DNA of 63,777 bases, filler included, from Octopus bimaculoides (GCF_001194135.2; 5 parts of 4 records of this genome joined end to end with filler, not necessarily neighbours in it), one strand, 5' to 3'; shown: positions 28,304 to 42,200, numbered from the whole stretch's first letter. Translations and numbers: made by a program. The notes: generated by a model not told the origin, from the sequence alone.

Positions 28304-28455
28304 CTAACCCCAACCCTAACCCCAACCCTAACCCTAAAACCCCAACCATAACCCTAACCCTAACCCCAACCCTAACCCCAACCCTAACCCCAACCCTAAC
28401 CCTAAAACCCGAACCCTAAAACCCGAACCCTAACCCTAAAACTCTAAACCCTTAC
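28304..28455 (-). repeat. Degenerate telomeric-type (TTAGGG)n array, read as CCCTAA/CCCCAA/CCCTAAAA on +
   Basis: ~150 bp of ccctaa variants starting immediately after a scaffold linker. Confidence 0.9.
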
Positions 28456-28729
28456 TAGGGAATAATGATATAGTTAAACAGGGAATAACACACTTGACAC
28501 CGAACGGCAGTAACTGTATACAGATGAATAGACGTCAGTGGCTGGTTGAAATTACAGAAATACGACAACTTTAACATGAAATAACTTGCGATGTACAATT
28601 TTTTGTTAAGAAGGTTAAGAGAAGAAGTTGTTTTATATGACACATTCTACCAGTGTCCCAAGTTTGAAATTGTTTCGTTAAGAAAACAAATGTTGCCCGT
28701 CAAACCCCAAAGATCCAAACACTGTAGTC

Positions 28730-29244
28730 GATGTAATTGACAAGTTCCCTCCCAAAAAATTTCAGGCCTTGTGCCGATAATAAAAAGGATTATTATTGTT
28801 ATTATTATTATTAAGGCGGCGAGCTGACAGAATTCGTTAGCAGGCTGGGCAAGCAGCATTTAGTCCGTCTTTACATTCTGAGTTCAAATTCTGCCGAGGT
28901 CGACTTCGCTTTTCATCTCTTAGAGGTCGATAAATTAAGTACCAGTCAAACACGGGAATAAATGTAATCGACTTACTCCTCCCCCAAAATTTCAGGCCTT
29001 GTGCCTATAGTAGAAAGGATTATTATTAGTATTATTATTAGGGTGGTGAGCTGGTAGACTCGTTAGTACACCGGGCAAAATGCTTCGTGACATTTCGCCC
29101 GTCATTAGGTTCTGAGTTCAAATTCCGCCGAGGTCGACTTTGTCTTTCATCCTTTCGGTGTTGGTAAAATAAGTACCGGTTGAACACTGGGATAGATGTA
29201 ATCGACTCATCCCCCACCCCCCAAAATGCTGCCCTTGTGGCAAA

Positions 29245-29270
<26 letters not shown>
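28730..29270 (+). mobile_element. Head-to-tail Nin/Deu SINE array (partial + 2 full copies) separated by (ATT)n
   Basis: Monomers at ~28730-28790, 28813-29020 and 29040-29245. Confidence 0.85.
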
Positions 29271-29277
<7 letters not shown>

Positions 29278-30158
29278 TAAGAAGTATAGTGGTATAGTAT
29301 TATCAGTGACTTCGAAGTTTCGTTCTGCTATCATCGATGACGGCGTAGCTGGCTGAAAATATGTACTCTACAATACGCATTGAGTAATCCCTTCAGCTTA
29401 ATGTAAAAGTGTTTTTATAACTTGATCCAACAACAATCATTAATATATATATATATNNNNNNNNNNNNNNNNNNNNNNNNNNNNNNNNNNNNNNNNNNNN
29501 NNNNNNNNNNNNNNNNNNNNNNNNNNNNNNNNNNNNNNNNNNNNNNNNNNNNNNNNNNNNNNNNNNNNNNNNNNNNNNNNNNNNNNNNNNNNNNNNNNNN
29601 NNNNNNNNNNNNNNNNNNNNNNNNNNNNNNNNNNCTATGTGTGCGTGCTAGAGCTATAAAAAAATCAGCTAAGTTTAGTTGTATTAAAACCGCCTTTGAA
29701 TGAAAATAACTCTTGAATTGTATGCCCTACAGCGACATCAGTTCTCTGTAAATATTTATATTTATTACTTATTTATTTATTTATTATTATTTATTGAATA
29801 TCTTCATTTACTTATTTCTCTCTCTTTTATTTATTTCTATGGATGAAGCAAACTTGTTTACGGCAAATTACCAACATTACCTTTTTGCAGTAAATAATCA
29901 CAGAAGAATAGAAAGAATCTTTATTTAATATGTAACAAACTGATGTGGTTGTTATAATGTGATCTACTATTATTATTTTTATTATTATTCATATTTTTGT
30001 GAATATGCTAATTTATTTATGCCTCCTCTAATACTAAATGGAAGTTTGTCAAGTGGGGATATGTTTACACCGGGCACCGCATGATGAATACAATATTTGA
30101 AAATTACGAACCGTACATACTTCTGAAAACTGTAAAAATTTTATTTCAGATTTAAATT

Positions 30159-30200
30159 ATGTCAGAAACTAACGGTTACCTTGTATTCCAACGAGGTCAG
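30159..30200 (+). CDS. SMN: SMN coding exon 1 ([14 protein letters not shown])
   Basis: ATG at 30159. LVFQRGQ resembles human VLFRRGTGQ. CAG|GTACTG donor in phase 0, joining DSDDSD. Confidence 0.8.
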
Positions 30201-33200
30201 GTACTGTAACAAACTGTGTATAGGCTTACTGTGCCAAATTTGAAACCAATGTTTTGTTTGTAAACCTCACATGCGATTCCTTAATCTGAATATTTGATAA
30301 CAGTTTTATTGAAGTTAAATTGTTTCTTTGACATGATTGTTTCCACACACTACTAAACTATGTTTCATTTATGTATCATCAGATCAGCTCCGTAACATAA
30401 TCAACGATCCCTCAACCCTTTATTAATATCATGTCAACTGAATTGTTATATTGTTCGTCGTAAAATATATTCATTCATTTTGGTTTTTGTTTTCTCACCA
30501 TATCCATAGAGAACAATTGAAATAGTTACATGGATAAAACACTGGAACAGCAACCAACTCATGTACCGTAAATTTAAACATTCTGTTGTGTTTTTGTGCT
30601 GCTAGCTAGTCGTGAGTGGTCGATCCTAACCCTAACCCTAACCCTATCCCTAACCCTATCCTTAACCCTAAACACGTATTCATTTGCACACGCTCACACG
30701 CGCACTTTTTGTAGGATCGACCACTCACGATAGGGTTAGGGTTAGGATCGACCACTCACGACTAGCTAGCGCGACTGCGCGTTCGGGACCATGCTGCTTT
30801 AGTAGTACCGAAAATGTTCTTGNNNNNNNNNNCACCAAAAAAAAAAAAAAAAAAAAGCTCTCCAGTACATGCTAGTCTAGAAAATCCGTTTGGTATTTCT
30901 TACGCAGTATCACCAGGCGATAAATTTGATACCAGTGGTGTATATCTGTGCACAGGAATTGTGGTCTTGGTGGGGTAAGCATCTACCAAAGTCTTGTTTA
31001 AGTGGCATAAGACTGCATGGTACTACATTCGGTTACTGCTATTGAGCTGAACAGCAGTTCATACTAAATGATATATTTTGGAGACATCATTATTCTAATA
31101 AAGGGCGAAGATTATCCAACTTCATTAATGTCATTGACAGAGACGTGCACAACTTGAAAGTGAGATCCAACCGAAGTTAATGGGGAACAAATGCTTGCAT
31201 TAGCTTTGGTAGGTCCTTGTGCCTGGCCTTAACTAGGGTGAAATACACCTCAGTTGCTTGAAAAAGTCATTTGTACTGGAATGCATCTGTCAGTTCCAAA
31301 ATGTGATATTTATATCTATAAATATTGCTTCCAAAAGACCTACCCTGACTCCCATGAACAGAGATTTCAAAAATATTCTACAATGGAATCACGCCTATCT
31401 TGTCTCTTTTAACAGGACAAAGTCACAATCATTACATATGACAAATATATTTATATGTGTTTGTATATATATATATATATATATGTATATAAATGTATGT
31501 AATTGTGTGTGTGTACATATGTATATATATATATTTTAATATTTTGCTTAGGCATACCGAGATGTATGTGTATTTACATATATCTATGTATGTGTGTATA
31601 TATATATATATGTGTGTATGTACATATGTGTATGTATATATGTGTATGTACATATGTGTATGTATATATGTGTGTGTATATATGTATATATATGTGTGCA
31701 TATGTACATATGTGTGTGTGTGTATATATATATAACGTGAGAGAGTTAGGGGTTGGGGGTTCAACCCACTAAGGGATAGTATCTATCCAGTATACTGATG
31801 GGAGGGTACCCAATTATTGCTATACTAGGTGCAATCAATGGGAGCGGGTAAAAGTGGAGGTTTTTACCCCAAATTTGTATAACAATTAGAAAATGAAGGA
31901 TAATATGCTGAACCTAACTACTTGCAGACGGTGTATCCCGTTGAATTCAAAAGTGACAAAAAAAGAAAGAAAAAGAAAGAAAGAACCAAAGCACAGGTGT
32001 CTATGGCAGACTATGTTATTTTGCCAACATGGTTTACATATAGAAGTACATAAGGAATTAGAGGATGAACAGAAGTTTAATCTTACAGCTGTTTCGGCCT
32101 AATTTTAGCAAGCCCCATTCTATCCGAATATTCCTTTCCGGAGTGATTATCGGATGACATTTTGAAATGGGGTTATATGCCCGNNNNNNNNNNNNNNNNN
32201 NNNNNNNNNNNNNNNNNNNNNNNNNNNNNNNNNNNNNNNNNNNNNNNNNNNNNNNNNNNNNNNNNNNNNNNNNNNNNNNNNNNNNNNNNNNNNNNNNNNN
32301 NNNNNNNNNNNNNNNNNNNNNNNNNNNNNNNNNNNNNNNNNNNNNNNNNNNNNNNNNNNNNNNNNNNNNNNNNNNNNNNNNNNNNNNNNNNNNNNNNNNN
32401 NNNNNNNNNNNNNNNNNNNNNNNNNNNNNNNNNNNNNNNNNNNNNNNNNNNNNNNNNNNNNNNNNNNNNNNNNNNNNNNNNNNNNNNNNNNNNNNNNNNN
32501 NNNNNNNNNNNNNNNNNNNNNNNNNNNNNNNNNNNNNNNNNNNNNNNNNNNNNNNNNNNNNNNNNNNNNNNNNNNNNNNNNNNNNNNNNNNNNNNNNNNN
32601 NNNNNNNNNNNNNNNNNNNNNNNNNNNNNNNNNNNNNNNNNNNNNNNNNNNNNNNNNNNNNNNNNNNNNNNNNNNGGATGTCCCCTTACTCCCATGTGTG
32701 CATATACAAGTTTTTATAAGCAAACATTCCACCACATACGTTGTTTGTGGCATCAGCTCTATTAGTCGTATCTAGAAAGCTGTAAGTGTTTTTTAGACAG
32801 GAAGTTTTGTTGAGTGTGTGTGTGTCATTTCTGTATATATTGGAAGGTTCTATGTAGAAGTTCATTTTATACAAGCTATTAATGTTCTAGTAGGAATAAC
32901 AGTGATGATGACAACAACAACAACAATAATATGCCAAACTTTCAAACTTAGCGGTGTAAGATATCCTGTTGCCTCTTCCATATATATATATATATATATA
33001 TATATGTTTAAGAGAAATGGAAAATGGAGACAAATGCACAAGATGTTACTTAAATCATTTATATCGCTGAAATATATGTTTCGATGGATACATTAATCCG
33101 GGAGGAAAAATAATGTGGAATAATGTATCAGTCTTATCAGGGAGGAGATTATCAATAACAATGTTCATTAATGAACCATTTTTACAGATGTAACAAATTA

Positions 33201-36200
33201 TAATGTACAGGGTGTCCCAGAAGTCACACACCATTCTGGTTTGTATTAGAAATAATTTTTTAATGATAATGTGACTGGTGAAACCTATTTAGAGCTCCTC
33301 TTTTACTCTTTTACTTGTTTCAGTCTTTTGACTGTGGCCATGCTGGAGCACCGCCTTTTAGTCGAGCAAATCGACCCCAGGACTTATTCTTTAGAAGCCT
33401 AGTACTTATTCTATCGAAAAATCTTTTGTCGAACCGCTAAGTTACGGGGACATAAACACACCAGCATCGGTTGTCAAGCGATGTTGGGGGGACAAACACA
33501 CACATACAAACATACACATACATATATATATATACATATATACGACGGGCTTCTTTCAGTTTCCGTCTACCAAATCCACTCACAAGGCTTTGGTCGGCCC
33601 GAGGCTATAGTAGAAGACACTTGCCCAAGATGCCGCGCAGTGGGACTGAACCCGGGACCATGTGGTTGGTAAGCTAGCTACTTACCACACAGCCACTCCT
33701 GCAAACTTTCTTGTTTGATTACCTTCAGGATCTTCCCATAATTCCCCATAACTTAGCGGTTCGGCAAAAGAGACCAATAGAATAAGTACTAGACATCCAA
33801 AGAATAAGTCTGGGGGCGATTTGCTCAACTAAAGGCAGTGCTCCAGCATGGCCACAGTCAAATGACTGAAACAAGTAAAAGAGTAAAAGTAGCTGTCTAT
33901 ATTGGAATAGTTTGTTCTCACTCTGTTATTTTGCATTCACAGGACTCAGATGATTCTGATATTTGGGATGATACAGCACTTATTAAAGCTTATGACAATG
34001 CAGTTGATAACATAAAGGTGTGTAAATTATATTTTCAGTTTCTTTTCTCATCACATTGCTGTTTTGCGTAATCATTGCAATATGCAGTGATTGACCATGT
34101 TGAGTAGAATATGACGTGTGTATATGTTCTTGAGTGGAGGCGCAATGGCCCAGTGGTTAAGGCAGCGGACTCGCGGTCATAGGATCGCGGTTTCGATTCC
34201 CACACCGGGCGTTGTGAGTGTTTATTGAGCGAAAACACCTAAAAGCTCCACGAGGCTCCGGCAGGGGATGGTCGCGAACCCTGCTGTACTCTTTCACCAC
34301 AACTTTCTCTCACTCTTACTTCTTGTTTCTGTTGTGCCTGTAATTCAAAGGGTCAGCTTTGTCACACTGAGTCACGCTGAATATCCCTGAGAAGTACGTT
34401 AAGGGTACACGTGTCTGTAGAGTGCTCAGCCACTTGCACGTTAATTTCACGAGCAGGCTGTTCCGTTGATCGGATCAACTGGAACCCTCGACGTCGTAAG
34501 CGACGGAGTACCAACAATATGTTCTTGTCTTGAGTTTATTGTTTGTGAATTTTTTGTTGTTTTTTTTTTCTGTATATTTATGAACATTCTGGTACTGATT
34601 TGATAGATAGTGATTTGTTGATTAAATTGATGTTTCAGGCACAACTTGATGATAAAATGGACTCTGAACAAAGCCCATCTAATGAGAAGGTAAATTGTCA
34701 ACAAAGTAGAAAAAGCAAAAAACAGACAAAGAAAAAAAATAAATGCAAGGTAAAAAATTTTTTAAATGATTGGTTTTCATCATTTGACTCAAGGCTGACA
34801 GAGTGTTTGTTTATTTTTGTCATTTATCTTTATTATTATCTTTCTCTGCTAGTATTGGTGAAATACTAGTAGAAACCATACCAAAACAAACATTTGAGCT
34901 CAGCACAGTCCAATAACTTGCCAGATCCTGTTGAACTGTCCAACTCATTTCAGCATAGAAAAAAAAATAGACATTAACTAATTATGGTGATGATATAAAC
35001 AAGATGGTTTTTTGGAAAATTCTAAAATTTGTATATTAACTATCTATACAGGTGCAGGCATGGCTGTGTGGTAAGAAGATAGCTTCCCAACCACATAGTT
35101 CCAGGTTCAGTCCCACTTCATGGCACCTTGGGCAAGTGTCATCTACTATAGCCTCAGGCCAACCAAAGCCTTGTGAGTAGATTTAGTAGAAGCCTGTTGT
35201 ATATCATTGCTATTATGCAAAAGTGTCATAAGTCCAAAACGTTGCTTTTTAAGAAAAAAAAAAATAGTTTCACAATTCCATTTCTTTTTACGTTAGCAGC
35301 AGTGTCAGCTTAACGATAATACTTTGTTGGGTGCATAAAATTGTAACTCTATGCATGTATGATATTTTCAGTCAGAAATGATTTTGTAAAACTGTCATAT
35401 GTTGGACTTGCTACACTTTTGAAAAATGCTCAGACTTACTACACTTTGACAATTTTCATATCTTGGCATCTGAAGCAGCTGGAGATACAATAGTTTGACC
35501 AAAAGAACCAGCTATTACAAGCAAAAATGAATATTGAACAAAATGCATTTGGCCAAATTTGGACATATGACAGTTTAACATAATAACAAGATATATATAT
35601 ATATATATANNNNNNNNNNNNNNNNNNNNNNNNNNNNNNNNNNNNNNNNNNNNNNNNNNNNNNNNNNNNNNNNNNNNNNNNNNNNNNNNNNNNNNNNNNN
35701 NNNNNNNNNNNNNNNNNNNNNNNNNNNNNNNNNNNNNNNNNNNNNNNNNNNNNNNNNNNNNNNNNNNNNNNNNNNNNNNNNNNNNNNNNNNNNNNNNNNN
35801 NNNNNNNNNNNNNNNNNNNNNNNNNNNNNNNNNNNNNNNNNNNNNNNNNNNNNNNNNNNNNNNNNNNNNNNNNNNNNNNNNNNNNNNNNNNNNNNNNNNN
35901 NNNNNNNNNNNNNNNNNNNNNNNNNNNNNNNNNNNNNNNNNNNNNNNNNNNNNNNNNNNNNNNNNNNNNNNNNNNNNNNNNNNNNNNNNNNNNNNNNNNN
36001 NNNNCAATCAACGGAACAGCCTGCTCGTGAAATTAACGTGCAAGTGGCTGAGCACTCCACAGACACGTGTGCCCTTAACGTAGTTCTCGGGGATGTTCAG
36101 CGTGACACAGTGTGACAAGGCTGACCCTTTGAATTACAGGCACAACAGAAACAGGAAGTAAGAGTGAGAGAAAGTTGTAGTGAAAGAGTACAGCAGGGTT

Positions 36201-39200
36201 CGCCACCATCCCCTGCCGGAGCCTCGTGGAGCTTTAGGTGTTTTCGCTCAATAAACACTCACAACGCCCGGTCTGGGAATCGAAACCGCGATCCTATGAC
36301 CGCGAGTCCGCTGCCTTAACCACTGGGCCATTGCGCCTCCACTAGGAAATAGTAAATCAACAAATTCAGGTTATTATTGATAGTTTATTTATCAATAAGA
36401 ATGTCCAAATATTCATCAAAAATTATCAGTCTCAAACTTTTTCTTACCATACATTGTTGAAATATACTGACTTTGTCTCAATTAATTTTGGAAATAATGG
36501 AGATTTAGGAAAATAACTTTGTTGTTAAAAATCGGATTTTGGAACATAAATCACCATGAAATTTTGATGAAAGGTTTTAATTTTGATCATTTTAAAGCAG
36601 GGAAAGCAAATTTCTTAATCACACACCAATGCCTTGTACCTATGTTGGAAATAATTATGAGTTGATGTTTAACATACGGACAGAGAGGCAGGCAGGTAGG
36701 CATGGTTTATCTAAGATTATGTTATCCAATGTTTTCTTCCATTTTTAAGATGGCAGACTGTGTTTTGAGTACAATTTTGACTGCTATTTCTAGTAGATTG
36801 AGCAGTCTCATAATGACCAAGATCAGTTTTGGCGTTCATTTTTTGTGGGGGTCATTAAAGTACCAGTCACATACTAAGGTTGACAGAATCAACTAAAAAA
36901 AATGTCAGGCTTTGTACCATTACTGGAAACAACTATAATTATATGAGTTAATGGTCTGAGAAATAGACAAGCAGAACATGTGTGCTATTTGTATTTTTGT
37001 TTTGCAAGAAATGATCGTGGTTGTATTACTTTCTCTTCTTACACCTAACACAAAACATGAGTTATGTATGTGCAACACAGTATAATGCAAGAAAGATGTA
37101 TGAAGTGCATGCATGTGCTATTAACACTCATGTTGAGGCATGCCTCAGTGTACATGTATATAAGTATGTATAATGCTGCAATTAATAATTCAGTTATTTT
37201 TTTGGTATGTTGTTGTCCTTCAGTGGAAAGTTGGAGATGAGTGCCTAGCTACCTACACAGAAGACTGTTTACTTTATGAAGCCAAAATAATATCAGTCAA
37301 CTATGAAGATGATACTTGTTTTGTCCGCTACTCTGGTTATGGCAATGAAGAACAGCAAAAGTTATGTGACCTGCTTTTACCTGATCCCAAATCTTTCACT
37401 TCAGATGTTCAGGTATATTTAATTTATTTATTCTAACATTCATTACTTAGAGTCCTGATTTTATTAACTTTTGTTTTTTCAAATTTGTCTGGATTACATC
37501 CTTAAAACAATAACAACTAAAAATCACTTATTATTTCGTGCCGGTGGCACGTAAAAGCACCCACTACACTCTCTGAGTGGTTGGCGTTAGGAAGGGCATC
37601 CAGCTGTATAAACTCTGCCAAATCAGATTGGAGCCTGGTGTAGCCATCTGGTTCACCAGTCCTCAGTCAAATCGTCCAACCCATGCTAGCATGGAAAGCG
37701 GACGTTAAACAATGATGATGATGATTGTGATGATTCTCATTCTTTACACAATTAGTGTATCTTATTGTGAGTTTTATCAATTAGTCAATTAGTTCTTATT
37801 GTTTAATCTGTTGTCATGGAATCCCTGTCACCTGATTCAGCAAACCTGTGATCAAAGGCAGCAGCCCAGGTTCGATTTTGTTTTAAGCTAATGTAAATCG
37901 ACAACTGCAATATCTAGTGTATCCTTCCCTTTTTTAAAGACAGTAAGTGGTGATTTTCACAGCACCAGCCCTGGAAACATCATCATGTTCCTGCTAAAAC
38001 AAGACTGAGGATTCTCTCAATTCTATAATTTCTCCATTCATTTCTCTACCACTTCACAAAATTTACTTGGTGCTACCATTCAAGAACAGAGGTTGATGAA
38101 ATCAACTAAAAAAATTTCAGGCCATGATGTACTTTAACATGTCATCACTACTTATGGAGTTGCCTGGCCCTAGGATCATTAAAGATACCCTGGCCCTCCG
38201 TTCATTAAAGATACCCTGACCATTAGTGGGAGAAGAAAAGGCAATTGCAAAGGATATATTAGGATGAGATGGAGAGTAGGGCATTTTCAGAAATAGTTTT
38301 AGAAGAGTAATTGTAGGTAACAGGAGTGTGTAAAGAGAATGATAGTAGAAGCAAAGGGAAATAGCAGCTGCCAATTCATAGGTAAAGGGGAGAGAGCTGT
38401 TGGTGGGTTGCTGTATGATCAGCAGTAAGAGAGCATATACAAGGGAGTTCTGAAAAGTTCCTGGCTTTAAGGGTATTTTGAAAAGCCTGGCTGGAGGCCC
38501 AACCTTCCAAGTTCTTTTACAGGGCTTAGAAATACTGAAGGGCCACTCCAATAAATGTATGAATCTGAGAGGGAAATATATTGGATAAAATCATAATTAA
38601 CTGATCCTCTTGTATTTTCTTTTACCCAAAACCAGGAACTTTTCAGCACCCCCGTGTACACTCAAACAGAATCCACAGAGACTGTTATTGGTCTGTGTCA
38701 GCCAGACTTGTATTATTTAGTAAAAGTGATAAAAGTAGTACAGTGAAGTTGCTGTGGGAAATGGAAAGTCAATCATCTTAGATAGAATCTTTCCTCTGGT
38801 AAAAATTAACAGGAATGAAATTAAAGAGAGACAGCAGCATCTTACATTCTCTAAGTTAGAAAAACTGGTTGTAAGTGATTAGGAATGCAGGACCAGGGGT
38901 GCTTCATATGTAGACAGAAAGTGGTAAGAGTGAGAAATTGGATGAGATAGGTAGGAGATAAAAGGTATGGAATTAGGAAGAGAAGAATGATGGATGACAG
39001 TAAGGAGTGATTATTTGCATCTATTTTAATTAGCATTCTTATGTGTTAAAATTTTAGGTGGATTCCAGCAAATTTTACCACAATGAACCAGCACAATCAC
39101 AGAAAAGTCACAAAAAGCGATCTGGTAAAAACAAATCAGCTAAAGGTAAAAATTGTGACAAAACCAGTTCAAATCCCTGGATGCCACCATTCTTAGGAAT

Positions 39201-42200
39201 GCCTAATGGTGCAGTAAGTATTTTTCTGTATCTTTATTTTCCCTTCATTTTGTACTAACTACTACTACCACCACCACTACTTACTATTATTGAGTGAGTG
39301 AGCTAAACATGCCATCAAAGTGACACTGGAGTACAACTATATGAAGCCCAATATACTCATCATTACTACCCAACTGATAAGGGTACACTCGTCACATGCA
39401 TCACAACCATATGTACATGACATGGTGATTGCATACCAAGATAAACAGCTCATAACTTTGCAGGTGGGGCCCAGTTAGAATTTCCTTCAGGTTGAGTAGC
39501 CCATTCCACTCAAACTGTCCCTGAATAAGGTTTGTTTAAGGATGGTGAACAAAACATCTATGTTGCCAGAGGTGAATTATTCAAACCCCAAAGAATTTCT
39601 CCCAACACATGGCTATGATGCTCCCCTCACTACTTCTGCTCATGATCAGAGATGCACATATCGTCAGCCATTAAGAGACATGTTCAACTGGTTATGTTCA
39701 AGCAACTGACAAGCCAATCTGTGGTATTGAGCAGAATATTTGCTGTAGCCCATCTTATACCATGACAAAACAATGTACATGATCACACATCTAATCATTT
39801 AAGATCAGAAACCATGAGAGTCACTGCCTGGCACTGCATTAGGACATTATGATTATTATCATTATTAGGAGACAAAATGGCAGAATCTTTAGAGTGTCAG
39901 AAAAAATGCTTTGTGGTATTTCCTCTGATGCTTTACATTCTAATGATTTCATTGTTGCCTTTCATCCTACTAGGGGTCAAAAGAATAAAGTACTGGGGTT
40001 GATGTAATCAACTAATCTCTCCCACTCAAAAATGCTGGCCTTGCACCTGAAATTGAAACCATTGTTATTATTATTATTATCACTTCATCCATCTTTACAT
40101 TCTAAGTTCAAATTCTGTCAAGGTTGACTTCGTCTTTCATTCTTTTGGGGTTGATTAAAAAAAAAGCACCAGTTGAGCACTGGGAATGATGTTATTAACT
40201 AGCACCCACTCCCCCAAAATTTCAGGCTTTGTGCCCTATAGTAGAAAGGATTATTATTATTATTTCATCCGTCTTCACATTCTGAGTTCAGATGCCACTC
40301 AGGTCGACCTTGCCTTTCATTTTTTCAAGATTGATGAAATAAGTACCAGTTTAACACTTAAGGTTGATGCAATTGAGTTTACCCTTCCCCCACAATTTCC
40401 GGCCTTGTGCCTTTAGTAGAAAGGTTTATTATTATTATTATTATTATTGTTGTTGTTGTTGTTGTGGTAGCAGCTGATAGAATTGGTCACATGCCAAACA
40501 AAATGCTTTTGTCCATCTTTACATTCTGAGTTTAAATTCCACCAAAGTCGACTTTGCTCTTCATCCTTCTCACATCAATGAAATTAAGTACCTATTGAAC
40601 AATGGCCAATGTAACTGACTTAAACCCCTCCCCAAAATTTCAAACCTTGTACCTATATCAGATAGGATAATTATTATTTCACACTGCAGTAGTGATTCTA
40701 TTGATTTTCTTCACAGAACATTAAACCACTACGCTTGTCTTCGGACCAAAGAGACATCCTCTCTGTAGTGTCACTGAAGTAATTACATTGATTGTAGAAA
40801 GTCATTTTGGTAATATTTTCAGGCACTCTACTTATTGACCATATTATAGCAGAAATAAACTATTACCTCTCTACATTTCCAAAATCTTAAATTCCCATTT
40901 TAGTTCCTGGTGTTTATCTTCTCATTTTCTTTTTTCTTTACCCTGTATAGCAAGTCTTCAAAGTTTTCATACAAACACCACTCAACAACATTTACAATAT
41001 TACTTAACAGAAAAAACAACAATAATTGTAGCAGCGACAACAATGATAAAAATAGGAAATGTCGTTGTTATCTCCCTTGCCAACATCACTGCTCTATTTA
41101 GAATACATTTAAAAATGATCACTTTATATACATAAACGATTTTTGTAATCATGACACAAAAAGTAAAAAAATTCTCCAATACAGCTCTTACGGATTAAGA
41201 AACACTTCAAAAATCTGAAAGATTTTACCGTCATTTATGACATTCGTGTGTTAATGATTTGGGAAACATTCTTACTATCAGAGCACACCACCATTCTAAA
41301 ATTCTACCCAGATCAGATTAAACAAACCTTTTCACAATGGAGTGCTTTTATAATATGCATAAAAACTTGCATTACATTTATAGATATTACAAATAGTATC
41401 CATAGACTTAGAAACAACATTATGCTAAGCATACAGGCTTTCAAAATGTAAGCCAGAAATAAAGGCTTTTGAAATAAAAATGCAAAATATTAATATAATG
41501 CACACACACACATACATTTCTGTGTGTGTGTGTGTGTGCATGCGTGTATTGAAGCAGTGAGCTGGCAAAATCGTTTTGCTTGGCAGCATTTTATCTGTCT
41601 TTACTTCTGAATTCAAATTCCACTAAGGTCGACTATGCCTTTCTTCCTTTCAGGATCAATAAAATGGTACCAGTTTAGCACTGGGGTCAATGTAATCAGC
41701 TTATTCCTTCTCCCAAAAATTTTGACCTTGTGCCAAAATTTGAATCTTGATGATGTTTTCTCGGAGTGGTTGGCGTTAGGAAGGGCATCCAGCTGTAGAA
41801 ACACTGCCAAATCAGATTGGAGCCTGGTGTAACCATCTGGTTCACCAGTACTCAGTTAAATCGTCCAACCCATGCTAGCATGGAAAGCAGACGTTAAACG
41901 ATGATGATGATGATGATGATGATGATGATATACACACACACACACATATACATATATGTATGTACATACCAGTCTGGCTACCACTGACATCAATAAAGCC
42001 TTCGACTACATTCCCATTTCTCTGTTAATAAAAAAAATACTTAACCCCACTTGAGCAATCAACACAAAAAGCACTGGTTAAACACCAAGTGTATGTCCTG
42101 TACAAATGCTGCCCTTCCAGAATCTCTAATTTCCTGAATGGAGTACAACAGTGACACATTCTCTGTTCTACTGCATGACATCTTGTGCTAGTGTCTCCCA

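Noticed and set aside
28730-29270. Regularly spaced ~200-bp repeats, superficially CRISPR-like
   Set aside because: Eukaryotic SINE monomers separated by microsatellite tails; no unique spacers or cas genes.
32687-32787. Strong GCT|GTAAGT donor at 32782 as a possible SMN exon 1
   Set aside because: In-frame TAG at 32773-32775 and no SMN-like residues; 30159-30200 fits better. A non-coding use cannot be excluded.
34140-34205. tRNA-like sequence with A/B boxes (also the heads of the other SINEs)
   Set aside because: Continues into ~300 nt of multi-copy SINE body and tail; not a tRNA gene.
37254-37256. Tudor cage Trp102-equivalent replaced by Tyr (ATY vs human AIW)
   Set aside because: Conservative aromatic change; from memory Drosophila SMN also has Tyr here, so it is not unusual.
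39146-39151. AAAG|GTAAAA internal donor in exon 4
   Set aside because: Would shift frame (88 nt); the downstream GCA|GTAAGT is consensus and in phase.
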